Shown piece by piece: positions 45,551-53,889 of a DNA stretch of 64,000 bases. The DNA comes from Deltaproteobacteria bacterium (GTDB taxonomy: Bacteria > Desulfobacterota > Desulfobaccia > Desulfobaccales > 0-14-0-80-60-11): the NCBI GenBank assembly GCA_003599195.1, contig QZIZ01000113.1, positions 6,705 to 70,704 of the forward strand, given 5' to 3'. The translations under genes were made by a program, and so were the position numbers. The notes below the pieces were generated by a model that was given only the letters and a program-made list of their open reading frames with translations, did not search any database and was not told the origin of the DNA. Within the stretch, counting starts at the first letter, position 1, and every line of letters starts with the position of its first letter.

Positions 45551-46336
45551 ATGAAGTGCAGGAAATACGGGCATTGTCGAATTGAGATTTTTTTTCACGA
45601 GCGCATCACGCGCCACGGCAAGTGTGTTTCCCGTGCCTGCGACGTGACTCGGTGCATTGAAAAACACAATCTGGTTAAGGAGGCGCAGATGAAACATAAC
45701 CAAGCAAACCGGGCGCCGCTCCCGGGAGTGCGGATGACGGAAGTCTTCGGGTTTCAAGTGCCCACCAGCGACTATTATCTGCACCGGGGCCACGCCTGGG
45801 CGGTCCTGGAGGATACCGGCCTGGTGCGGGTGGGAATGGATGATTTTTCCCAAAAGGTCCTGGGGCCGGCCGAGAAGGTCAAGATACCCCCGGTGGGCGC
45901 TCTCTATTATCAGGATCATATCTGTATGGCTCTCTTCAGACAAGGAAAGAAGGCCTCCTACCTGGCGCCGGTGGACGGCCCCATCGCCGCCATCAATCCC
46001 AAAGTGCTCGACACCCCCCGGCTGATCCACGACGACCCCTACGGGGAGGGCTGGCTCTATAAGGTGGAGCCCACCAATCTCCGGCGCAATCTGGACAACC
46101 TCTTTTCCGGAGAAGGCAACGTGGAGTGGATCTTTCAGGAGTCCCATCGCTTAATGAATTTCATGGAGACCGAGGTGGGGGTCACCGTCCCGGACGGCGG
46201 CGCCTTCGTGGACGATGTTTTCGGCCAATATCCCGAGTTGGGCTGGCGCCCCCTGGTCCGGGGATTTCTCTTAACCACCTTGAGCCAGGGGTGGCAGAAA
46301 AGATCCGCCGGCGCCGGCCTGGAACGCGGGTTGTAA
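45551..46336 (+). CDS. GcvH-like protein, paralogue 1 (extended)
   Basis: Contains YYLHRGHAWAVLEDTGLVRVGMDDFSQKVLGPA, IPPVG, APVDGPIAAINP and HDDPYGEGWLYKV. An alternative start is the ATG at 45689 behind the strong SD AAGGAGG. The longer form adds a Cys-rich N-terminus (5 Cys). Confidence 0.8.
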   Translation: MKCRKYGHCRIEIFFHERITRHGKCVSRACDVTRCIEKHNLVKEAQMKHNQANRAPLPGVRMTEVFGFQVPTSDYYLHRGHAWAVLEDTGLVRVGMDDFSQKVLGPAEKVKIPPVGALYYQDHICMALFRQGKKASYLAPVDGPIAAINPKVLDTPRLIHDDPYGEGWLYKVEPTNLRRNLDNLFSGEGNVEWIFQESHRLMNFMETEVGVTVPDGGAFVDDVFGQYPELGWRPLVRGFLLTTLSQGWQKRSAGAGLERGL

Positions 46337-46373
46337 TCGGATCAGAGGAATATTTAAGGCGGAGGTCCGAGTC

Positions 46374-46988
46374 ATGAGCAACCGGAACAGCCAGGTGCAC
46401 TGCCTCAGGCCGCAGTTGCTGGACGTCTTTGGTTTTCCCGTGCCCACCACTATTTATTACCTGCACCGGGGACATACCTGGGCGGCGCCCGAGGGACCGG
46501 GCCGGGTGCGGGTGGGTCTGGACGCCTTTTCCCAGAAGATCCTGGGCCCGGCGGACGAAGTCAAACTGCCGGAGATCGGCAAGGTTTATTACCAGGATCA
46601 TGTGTGCATGGCCCTGGTGCGAGAGGGACACCGGGCTTCGGTGGAAGCCCCGGTGGACGGCGTGATCGAGGCCGTCAATCCCAAGGTGCGGCAGCGGCCC
46701 GGCCTGATCCATGACGACCCTTACGGAGAAGGCTGGCTTTTTACCATAACCCCCGCCAATCTCCAGCAAAATCTGGAAAACCTGTTTTACGGTGAGGACA
46801 ATGTCACCTGGATCGAGCAGGAGTCCCAGCGGCTGTTTTACATTATGAACTCCACGGTGGGGGCCACCCTCCCCAGCGGCGGCGCCGTGCTGGACGACGT
46901 TTACGGGCATTATCCGCAATTAAGCTGGCGGCGCCTGGTCAAGGAGTTTCTCTTAACCAACTTAACCAAAGACTGGAAGAAAAGATAA
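46374..46988 (+). CDS. GcvH-like protein, paralogue 2
   Basis: Contains YYLHRGHTWAAPEGPGRVRVGLDAFSQKILGPA, LPEIG, APVDGVIEAVNP and HDDPYGEGWLFTI. The position aligned to the lipoyl Lys reads GHRAS, with no Lys. Confidence 0.85.
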   Translation: MSNRNSQVHCLRPQLLDVFGFPVPTTIYYLHRGHTWAAPEGPGRVRVGLDAFSQKILGPADEVKLPEIGKVYYQDHVCMALVREGHRASVEAPVDGVIEAVNPKVRQRPGLIHDDPYGEGWLFTITPANLQQNLENLFYGEDNVTWIEQESQRLFYIMNSTVGATLPSGGAVLDDVYGHYPQLSWRRLVKEFLLTNLTKDWKKR

Positions 46989-47041
46989 TCCTAAGGATCG
47001 GGCGGCAGGAAAGAGGTGTCCGCCCGGCGGAGGAAGAACGC

Positions 47042-47815
47042 ATGAAACTGGATTGCAAGAACTGCGGGGCGATGGTGGGGCATTGGCTGGTCGTCGAGGT
47101 CCCCGGGCAGGAGCCGGAGTCCAAATCCCAATACAAATGCATCTGCCGCCAATGCGGGGCCACCTGGCAGGTAAAGCACCATCCTTTAAAAGACGGCGAT
47201 CAGGTAAAAGCCGCGGTCATCCCGGAATCTTCTCAGGAGGCGGTGGAGGCCTTCGGGGTGAATACGCCTCCTGAGGACTATTATCTACACCGGGGTCATG
47301 CCTGGGCGGCAGTGGAAGATGGCGGTGAAGTACGGGTGGGACTGGATGATTTTTCCCAGAAGATTCTAGGTCCGGCCGACGCCTTAAAGCTGCCCGAGGT
47401 GGGCACAGCCTTTTTCCAGGATCACATCTGCATGTCCATTCTCAAAAAAGACAACAAGGCTTCCTTCGAAGCACCGGTGGACGGCGTGGTGACGGAAGTC
47501 AACCCCGAGGTGCGCCAAAACCCCCGCCTGCTCCATGACGACCCTTACGGCAAAGGCTGGCTCTTTAAGGTCAGACCCACCAATCTCCAACAAAATTTGG
47601 CTAACCTGTTCTCGGCGGAAAAGAACGAGGCCTGGATCGGCAAAGAAGCCTGCCGTTTGCTGAACCTGATGGATACCACGGCGGGCGTGACCCTGCCTTC
47701 AGGCGGCGCCCTGGTGGGCGATGTTTACGGACATTACCCGCAGTTGGGATGGCGGCGTTTGGTCAAGGAGTTTTTCTTGAGCAGCGTCACCAGGCACTGG
47801 AAGAAACGGGGATAA
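47042..47815 (+). CDS. GcvH-like protein, paralogue 3, with N-terminal zinc-ribbon-like extension
   Basis: N-terminus MKLDCKNCGAMVG...YKCICRQCGATW. Then YYLHRGHAWAAVEDGGEVRVGLDDFSQKILGPA, APVDGVVTEVNP and HDDPYGKGWLFKV. The SD GGAGGAAG lies upstream. Confidence 0.85.
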   Translation: MKLDCKNCGAMVGHWLVVEVPGQEPESKSQYKCICRQCGATWQVKHHPLKDGDQVKAAVIPESSQEAVEAFGVNTPPEDYYLHRGHAWAAVEDGGEVRVGLDDFSQKILGPADALKLPEVGTAFFQDHICMSILKKDNKASFEAPVDGVVTEVNPEVRQNPRLLHDDPYGKGWLFKVRPTNLQQNLANLFSAEKNEAWIGKEACRLLNLMDTTAGVTLPSGGALVGDVYGHYPQLGWRRLVKEFFLSSVTRHWKKRG

Positions 47816-47852
47816 GAAGAAGAGCCCAAAAGCCGCAGACACCGCGGCCGGA

Positions 47853-48713
47853 GTGCCATTCCTCCCCCTCTTTTCGGAAATAAACATGAACGAGCAAGAC
47901 ACCCCCGGCAAGAAGCCATGCATCTGGATGGAAGCGGGCGTGGTGGATTTTAAATTGTGCCACCATTGCTTCGATTGCGCCACCTGCGAATTCGACCGGG
48001 CCATGAGCGCGGTCGCCGCCCAGGAACTGAGCTTGCGGGATGCCTGCGAACTGGAGACAGGCCATCCAGCATACGTCGCGCCCTTGCGGGAGAGGCTGCG
48101 GCAGCGCTCCTTCGAGGAGCTTCTGGAGGATCAGGGCGAATGCTATGCCGCCTTGGAGCGGCCCCAGACCACTGAGGTCTTCGGCTTTAGGGCGCCCACC
48201 TCCATCTATCTGCACCGGGGCCATTCCTGGGTGGCCATGGAGGCCTGCGGCCGGGTGCGCCTGGGGCTGGATGATTTTATCCAGAAAGTGCTGGGGCCTG
48301 CCGATACCATCAGGCTGCCGGCCCCCGGGGAGGCGATGCAACGCGGCCGTGTCGGCCTGACCCTGGTCCGGAAGGGGAAAGAGGCCCCGGTTCCCGCGCC
48401 CCTGGACGGGGTGGTCGAGGTGGTGAATTCCAGGGTCCGGCAGAGAGCCGCGTTGGCCCATGACGACCCCTACGGCGAAGGGTGGCTGTGCGTCGTCACC
48501 CCCACCAATTTGAAGCCGGACCTGGAGAAACTCCTCTTCGGCCGGCGCAACGCCGCCTGGATCGAAAATGAGGCGCATAAGCTGCTGGGGCTGATGGAAT
48601 CCTCGGCGGGCGCCACCCTCACCTCCGGGGGAACGGTTATTGGCGACATTTTCGGGACCCACCCCCAACTGGGTTGGGAAAACCTGGTGCGGGAGTTTCT
48701 CCGCACCGTTTGA
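47853..48713 (+). CDS. GcvH-like protein, paralogue 4, with Cys-rich N-terminal extension
   Basis: N-terminal CIWMEAGVVDFKLCHHCFDCATCEFD. Then IYLHRGHSWVAMEACGRVRLGLDDFIQKVLGPA, APLDGVVEVVN and HDDPYGEGWLCVV. Start uncertain (47853 or the MNEQD Met 10 codons later). Confidence 0.8.
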   Translation: MPFLPLFSEINMNEQDTPGKKPCIWMEAGVVDFKLCHHCFDCATCEFDRAMSAVAAQELSLRDACELETGHPAYVAPLRERLRQRSFEELLEDQGECYAALERPQTTEVFGFRAPTSIYLHRGHSWVAMEACGRVRLGLDDFIQKVLGPADTIRLPAPGEAMQRGRVGLTLVRKGKEAPVPAPLDGVVEVVNSRVRQRAALAHDDPYGEGWLCVVTPTNLKPDLEKLLFGRRNAAWIENEAHKLLGLMESSAGATLTSGGTVIGDIFGTHPQLGWENLVREFLRTV

Positions 48714-48726
48714 ACCTTTTAGAACC

Positions 48727-48771
48727 GGGGCTGGGTGACGGCGCCCGATAAAGCGCCGGACGCCCAGCTCC
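48727..48771 (+). promoter_or_regulatory. Intra-operon GC-rich hairpin without T-tract
   Basis: Sequence ggggctgggtgacggcgc-ccgataaa-gcgccggacgcccagctcc. No U-run follows, so it is not a canonical terminator. Confidence 0.4.
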
Positions 48772-48883
48772 GTCTAGGGGCTTTAACGCTTACAATAACG
48801 GCTTTAGTGCTTACATTAATTACAAGTGAACAAGATCCGGCGCCTTAGGAAGGGCTGGATAGATCACAAGAAAGGCGAGGCCT

Positions 48884-50128
48884 ATGAAGAAACTGGTTAT
48901 TCTGGGTTATGGGGCCGGTGGCACGATGGTGGCCACCAAAATGCGGGAGAAGCTCGATGATAATTGGAAGATCACCGTCATTGACCGGGACCGGCAGCAT
49001 CACTACCAGCCGGGCTGGCTCTTCATCCCCTTCGGCGTGTACAAGCCGGAGGAGTGCATCAAACCCAAGATGGATTTTGTCCTCCCGGGCATCGACTTTG
49101 TCCTGGACGAAGTGACCAACATCGACCCGGTGAAAAAGAAGATCAAGACCAAAAAGGGCAGCTACGACTACGACTGGCTGGTAGTGGGCACCGGCTGCCG
49201 GATTATGCCCGGCGAAATCGACGGTATGAAAGACGACTGGCATGGCGACATCCACGACTTCTATACCCCCGATGGGGCCATCGCCCTTTACAAGAGATGG
49301 AAGTATTTCAAAAAAGGGAAAATTGTTTTAAACATTGCGGAAATGCCCATCAAATGCCCGGTGGCGCCTCTCGAGTTCATCTTCATGGCCGACTGGTTCT
49401 TTACGGTCAACGGGGTCCGGGACGACATCGAACTGGAGCTGGTGACCCCGCTGTCCGGGGCTTTCACCAAACCGGTGGCCACCGCGGCCTTGACCAAACT
49501 CTGCGAGGAAAAGAACATTAAGATCACCCCGAACTTCGATATCGCCGAAGTCGATGCCGCCAAAAAAATAATCTCCTCCGCCAAGGGGGACGAGGTCAAT
49601 TACGATCTGTTGGTGGCCATTCCCCCCAACTTCGGCGCCCAGGTGATTATCGACAGTGAAATCGGCGATCCCATGGGTTACCTGGACACCGACCACCACA
49701 CCTTGAAGTCCAAAAAGTACGAAGGTATGTACATTGTGGGCGACGCCACCAACGTGCCCACCTCCAAGGCCGGGGCCGTGGCCCACTATGAATCGGATAT
49801 CATCGTGGAAAACCTCCTCCGGGAAATCGAGGGCCAGGAGCCGCTGCCGGAATTCGACGGCCACTCCACCTGCTTCATCGTCACCGGCTACGAAAAGGCG
49901 TCCCTCATCGATTTCAACTACAAGGTGGAACCCCTGCCCGGCAAGTATCCCTTCCCGGGCCTGGGACCCTTCACCCTCCTGGGCGAAAGCCACTTGAACT
50001 ACTGGGGCAAAATGATGTTCAAGTGGGTCTATTACAACATGATGCTCAAAGGCAAGGAACTGCCCCTGGAACCCCAGATGTTCATGGCCGGTAAGATGCT
50101 CGGCCATGTCTACCACGTCTACGGTTGA
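48884..50128 (+). CDS. Sulfide:quinone oxidoreductase-family flavoprotein (SQR-like)
   Basis: FAD motif KKLVILGYGAGG, PIKCPVAPLEF (compare IKC.GAP of SQRs), YIVGDATNVPTSKAG, and a second Cys in HSTCFIV. Confidence 0.8.
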   Translation: MKKLVILGYGAGGTMVATKMREKLDDNWKITVIDRDRQHHYQPGWLFIPFGVYKPEECIKPKMDFVLPGIDFVLDEVTNIDPVKKKIKTKKGSYDYDWLVVGTGCRIMPGEIDGMKDDWHGDIHDFYTPDGAIALYKRWKYFKKGKIVLNIAEMPIKCPVAPLEFIFMADWFFTVNGVRDDIELELVTPLSGAFTKPVATAALTKLCEEKNIKITPNFDIAEVDAAKKIISSAKGDEVNYDLLVAIPPNFGAQVIIDSEIGDPMGYLDTDHHTLKSKKYEGMYIVGDATNVPTSKAGAVAHYESDIIVENLLREIEGQEPLPEFDGHSTCFIVTGYEKASLIDFNYKVEPLPGKYPFPGLGPFTLLGESHLNYWGKMMFKWVYYNMMLKGKELPLEPQMFMAGKMLGHVYHVYG

Positions 50129-50826
50129 GAGAGGAGAAGGGAATGCCCGAAAAAACCGAGAAGAAACCGAGCACGGAAGCCCTGATCCTGGAGCGGCTGG
50201 ACCGGATGGAGGACCAGTTGCATGCCCTGGTCAAATCCCAGGAGAGCCTGACGGAGCTGAAGAACGATGTTACTCCTCTGATGAATTCCGCGGTCAGACT
50301 CCTGATCGACGAGTTGGGCATGGTGGAGTCCGGCTTTCAATTGGAGGACCTCTTCGCCCTGCTGAAGCAGGGCTTGCGCAGCCTGCGCAACCTGACCCAG
50401 GCCTTGGAGACGATGGAAAACGTCTTCGAGTTGTGGAATTGCATGGAACCTTTGCTGAAGAGCACCGTTCCCAATCTCATCAACTATATGGATAACCTGG
50501 AGCGCAAAGGGGTATTCCGCACTTACGCGGCCATGCTGGAAGTCCGCGCCAAGGTGGCGGCCCACTACGACGCCGCGGAAATTGCCGACATGAGCGACGC
50601 GTTTGTGCTGCTGCTGAGTATGCTGAAAAAGTTATCCGATCCCCAGATGATTGATTTTATGAACCGGATTCTCGAACTGCCCACGGCCATGAAGCTGGAG
50701 CAGGTCAAGCCCTTGGGACCCTTGGGGATGTTGTCCGCCATGGGCGGCAAAGAGGCCCGGCAGGGCCTGGGAGTGGCCATGGAGCTCACTAAGGCTCTGG
50801 GCAAACTCGGGGCCGGACGGAGCTAG
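50125..50826 (+). CDS. DUF1641-domain protein
   Basis: 233 aa, helical. Has a 4-nt overlap with the SQR-like gene. The pairing of a pyridine-nucleotide-disulfide-type oxidoreductase with DUF1641 is a known recurrent arrangement. The domain call is by recollection. Confidence 0.6.
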   Translation: MREEKGMPEKTEKKPSTEALILERLDRMEDQLHALVKSQESLTELKNDVTPLMNSAVRLLIDELGMVESGFQLEDLFALLKQGLRSLRNLTQALETMENVFELWNCMEPLLKSTVPNLINYMDNLERKGVFRTYAAMLEVRAKVAAHYDAAEIADMSDAFVLLLSMLKKLSDPQMIDFMNRILELPTAMKLEQVKPLGPLGMLSAMGGKEARQGLGVAMELTKALGKLGAGRS

Positions 50827-50891
50827 GCCGGCGGGACGTAGTTAGAAAAACAAATTTGGAATTTCGTGGAATTTTGGGCCTGGACTCTAAT

Positions 50892-50923
50892 AGTTCCAAG
50901 TTCCAGGTTCCAAGTTCCAAGTT
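50892..50923. repeat. Heptamer array (GTTCCAA/GTTCCAG) x4
   Basis: Sequence agttccaagttccaggttccaagttccaagtt. Confidence 0.9.
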
Positions 50924-50953
50924 AAATGAATGCCTTATTCTTCAGTGCATTAG

Positions 50954-50981
50954 GGGCGCAGCCGGGCTGCGCCCTTTTTTC
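50954..50981 (+). terminator. Rho-independent terminator closing the GcvH-like/SQR-like operon
   Basis: Stem gggcgcagc / gctgcgccc, loop cgg, followed by tttttt. Confidence 0.8.
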
Positions 50982-51064
50982 TTGGTAGCGCCCAAGGGCT
51001 GCCTGCCGTATAATCACGGCAATATGAATTCTTCATTTCCCGATGCTCCCTTTGGTGAGGCTGA

Positions 51065-52567
51065 ATGAAAGCCCTGTTGATCTATCCCGAGACCCCGGAC
51101 ACCTTCTGGAGCTTGCGGCATGCCATCGAGTTCCTGGGGGTGACGGCTTGCAGTCCGCCCCTGGCGCTTTTTACCGTGGCCGCCATGCTGCCCCGGGATT
51201 GGGACAAAAAATTGGTGGATCTGAACGTGGAGCCCCTGACGGAGGAACACCTGGCCTGGGCGGACCTGGCTTTTATCAGCGCCCTGACCATCCAGTCCCG
51301 GTCGGCGGACGAAATCATCAGGCGGTGCCGGGCCGCGGGGGTTAAGGTCTGTGCCGGCGGGGTCCATTTCAGCAGCCCCGATGAGCCTTTCGAAGCGGTG
51401 GACCATCTCTTTATCGGCGAGGCGGAAGAGACCCTGCCCCTTTTTCTGGCGGACCTGGCCCGAGGCGAGGCCCTGCCTGAATACCGGGCTTCCCGGTTTC
51501 CGGACCTGGCCGCCTCGCCCAACCCTGCCTGGGAGCTGCTGGACCCCTCCAAGTATGCGAACATGTTGGTCCAGGTATGCCGGGGCTGCCCCCACGATTG
51601 CGAGTTTTGCCAGGTCATCGTCCAATACGGCCGCGTCCCCAGGTACAAAAGGCCGGACCAGGTGGTGGCCGAGGTTCAGGGGGTTTTGGACGCAGGTTGG
51701 CGGGGGGTGCTGACCTTCGCGGACGACAATTTTATCTGCCATCACGGCAAGGCCAAAGACATCCTGCGGGCCTTGGAGGTTTGGCAGGCCGCCCGGGGCT
51801 ATCCCATGCTGTTCGTAGCCCAGGCCAGCATCGACGTGGTGGACGATCAGGAGCTGCTGGAACTCATGGAACGGGCAGGTTTCGTGGGCCTCTTCCTGGG
51901 GATTGAGACCCCGGATCCCGCGTCGCTCAAGGAATGCAATAAACGCCAGAATCTCAACCGGGACCTGGCGGCCGCGGTGCACACCATCCAGGCCCACGGC
52001 ATGGAGGTCATCGGCGGCTTCATCGTCGGCTTCGACTCGGACACCGCGGGCGTTTTCACCCGGCAGGCGGAATTCATCGAAGAAGCAGCCATTCCCACCG
52101 CCATGGTCAACCTGCTGGCGGCCGCGCCCGGCAGCCGCCTGTTTAAGCGCCTGAAGGAGGAGGGCCGTCTCCTGGGAGACGGCGTGGGCGACGGCAACAC
52201 CGCCATCAATGCCGGCTCCGTCAACTTCATCCCCAAGATGGGGCGGGAGATTTTGCTTACGGGTTATAAAGACCTGCTGAACCGGCTCTTCGCGCCCGCG
52301 CCTTACTACCGCCGGGTCCTTGCCTTCCTGAAGCGCCACCGCCCCAATCCCCGGATCGTCGTCCGCCCCCCCACCCGCCGGGACGTCATGGCCATGATGA
52401 AGATTATCCTGGCCTTGGGCTTCAAAGAACCGGGGCGGCGGGCCTTCTGGTCATTCCTGGCGCGGTTGCTCATTAAGCATCCCCGGCAACTTCCCGTCGG
52501 CATCACCATGGCCGCGTCCGGCCGCCATTTCCGTATTCTCAAAGACCGGTTCTGCGCCGCGGTCTAA
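51065..52567 (+). CDS. B12-binding-domain radical SAM protein (C-terminal DUF4070-like region)
   Basis: The N-terminal MKALLIYPETPDTFWS...SALTIQS resembles a cobalamin-binding domain. CxxxCxxC cluster in RGCPHDCEFCQV. SD GGTGAGG lies before the ATG. Confidence 0.85.
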   Translation: MKALLIYPETPDTFWSLRHAIEFLGVTACSPPLALFTVAAMLPRDWDKKLVDLNVEPLTEEHLAWADLAFISALTIQSRSADEIIRRCRAAGVKVCAGGVHFSSPDEPFEAVDHLFIGEAEETLPLFLADLARGEALPEYRASRFPDLAASPNPAWELLDPSKYANMLVQVCRGCPHDCEFCQVIVQYGRVPRYKRPDQVVAEVQGVLDAGWRGVLTFADDNFICHHGKAKDILRALEVWQAARGYPMLFVAQASIDVVDDQELLELMERAGFVGLFLGIETPDPASLKECNKRQNLNRDLAAAVHTIQAHGMEVIGGFIVGFDSDTAGVFTRQAEFIEEAAIPTAMVNLLAAAPGSRLFKRLKEEGRLLGDGVGDGNTAINAGSVNFIPKMGREILLTGYKDLLNRLFAPAPYYRRVLAFLKRHRPNPRIVVRPPTRRDVMAMMKIILALGFKEPGRRAFWSFLARLLIKHPRQLPVGITMAASGRHFRILKDRFCAAV

Positions 52568-52970
52568 TAATCACTCCTCGTTGAGGAAATTTTTTTCGGC
52601 AAACGCTATAAGAGAACCATGCGGCTGTTGGAGGGAGATGTGGCGGCTTGGCTATCGGGAGAAATTCCTGCGCGGGCGGCTCATTGATGGCAAAATGTAA
52701 AAGCGCATGTGATATGAGAAAAGATTGCATGGGAAATGAGAAATATGGGAGGTTATCTCAAAAAGCAAAACTAATCCGGTGGTTTTCCCACCGGAACCAG
52801 GGTGTTGCTGGTGATATAGGGGCTATTTGTTACAATTTTGTGGCGACAGATAGGGCGGATATCCCGGTAATTACCTCCAATCAAGAAAAATATCTGGGGC
52901 GGAGGATTTGATGGATTGTCAACTCCTAACCGGCCCCAGGAAGGCAACGCATATTTAGAATTCTGTTAAC

Positions 52971-53780
52971 TCATTTTGGTAGATCATAGTTGGCAATGAG
53001 CAGCTCCTTCGCCTTTTTTGCCGGCCTGCTGCCTCCGGGGCCGCCTGTGCCCGTCGTGTATGTGGTGGCTACCTCTCGCATTCTCTGATCTTCGAAGACT
53101 TCACGAACCTCCGGCAGATCGTTGAGACTCATTAAAAACCGGCCCTTGAGGGACTTGAGAAGCGCCGCCAGCCTTTGAAAGTCATCCCGGCTGAAAATGC
53201 CCTTGCCATAGAAGTCTTCGCACCCCCAATATGGCGGGTCGAGATAAAAGAAGCTTTCCGGGCCGTCGTAACGGCGGAGGCACTCCTCATAGGGGAGATG
53301 CTCCACCACCACGTTTTCCAGGCGCAGATGCACCTCTAATAGGGTCTGCTCGGCCCTGGCCCCGAGAAAGGGCCGGGAACTGCCGTCCAGACGCCCGGCA
53401 AAATGGCAGTTCACATCCGGCAGTTTGCCGCCATAGCCGGTGCGCAGCAGATAATAAAACCTCACGGCCCGCTGAATATCCGTGAGGTGGCATGGCTGAA
53501 TCTCCTTAAAGCGAGCGAACTCAATCCGGCTACGAAGACTCCAGCGCATGCACTTAAGAAATTCCTCCGGATGGTTCTGCACGATCCGGAAGAGATTAAT
53601 CAACTCTCCGTTTAGATCATTCAGCACCTCGCAGGGGCTTGGCGCTTTCGCCAAAAGGATGGTGGCCGACCCTGCGAAAGGCTCGCAGTAAAGCCGGTGG
53701 TCGGGCAGCAGGTTGAGGATGGTTTTGGCCAGCAGGCGTTTCCCTCCCAGATAAGGAACCAATCGGGACATGGCTTGCAC
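52971..53780 (-). CDS. DNA adenine methyltransferase (Dam / D12 class)
   Basis: Contains YLGGKRLLA, EPFAGSATI and the catalytic YLDPPYWG. SD AGGAGG lies upstream. No restriction partner is adjacent. Confidence 0.9.
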   Translation of the reverse strand: MQAMSRLVPYLGGKRLLAKTILNLLPDHRLYCEPFAGSATILLAKAPSPCEVLNDLNGELINLFRIVQNHPEEFLKCMRWSLRSRIEFARFKEIQPCHLTDIQRAVRFYYLLRTGYGGKLPDVNCHFAGRLDGSSRPFLGARAEQTLLEVHLRLENVVVEHLPYEECLRRYDGPESFFYLDPPYWGCEDFYGKGIFSRDDFQRLAALLKSLKGRFLMSLNDLPEVREVFEDQRMREVATTYTTGTGGPGGSRPAKKAKELLIANYDLPK

Positions 53781-53889
53781 CTCCTGTTATTATTTATACA
53801 AGAGTACCAACACAGAAGGCTTTTATCAACGCTACTGGCGCTGTTTATAATTGTTTATCACTGTAGGACCTATTTCAGTGCTGGCCGCC

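Noticed and set aside
45551-48713. Calling the four paralogues bona fide lipoylated glycine-cleavage H proteins
   Set aside because: They are 200-290 aa with extra domains, and no gcvP or gcvT is nearby. The lysine at the lipoyl position is not conserved (paralogue 2 has GHRAS). I keep only the fold-level call.
34826-52339. Long minus-strand ORFs opposite feoB (34826..35992), the NtrC gene (43273..44226), the GcvH-like genes (45449..46147, 46182..46919, 47787..48668), the SQR-like gene (49328..50116) and the B12-radical-SAM gene (51014..52339)
   Set aside because: They are shadow ORFs. The plus-strand frames contain unambiguous family motifs (G-domain, Walker A/GAFTGA-like loop, H-protein core, FAD motif, CxxxCxxC).
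52648-52911. 87-aa plus-strand ORF in the spacer left of the Dam gene
   Set aside because: It has a non-ATG start, no RBS and no recognisable motif, and it lies in a heterogeneous AT-richer boundary region. Support is insufficient.
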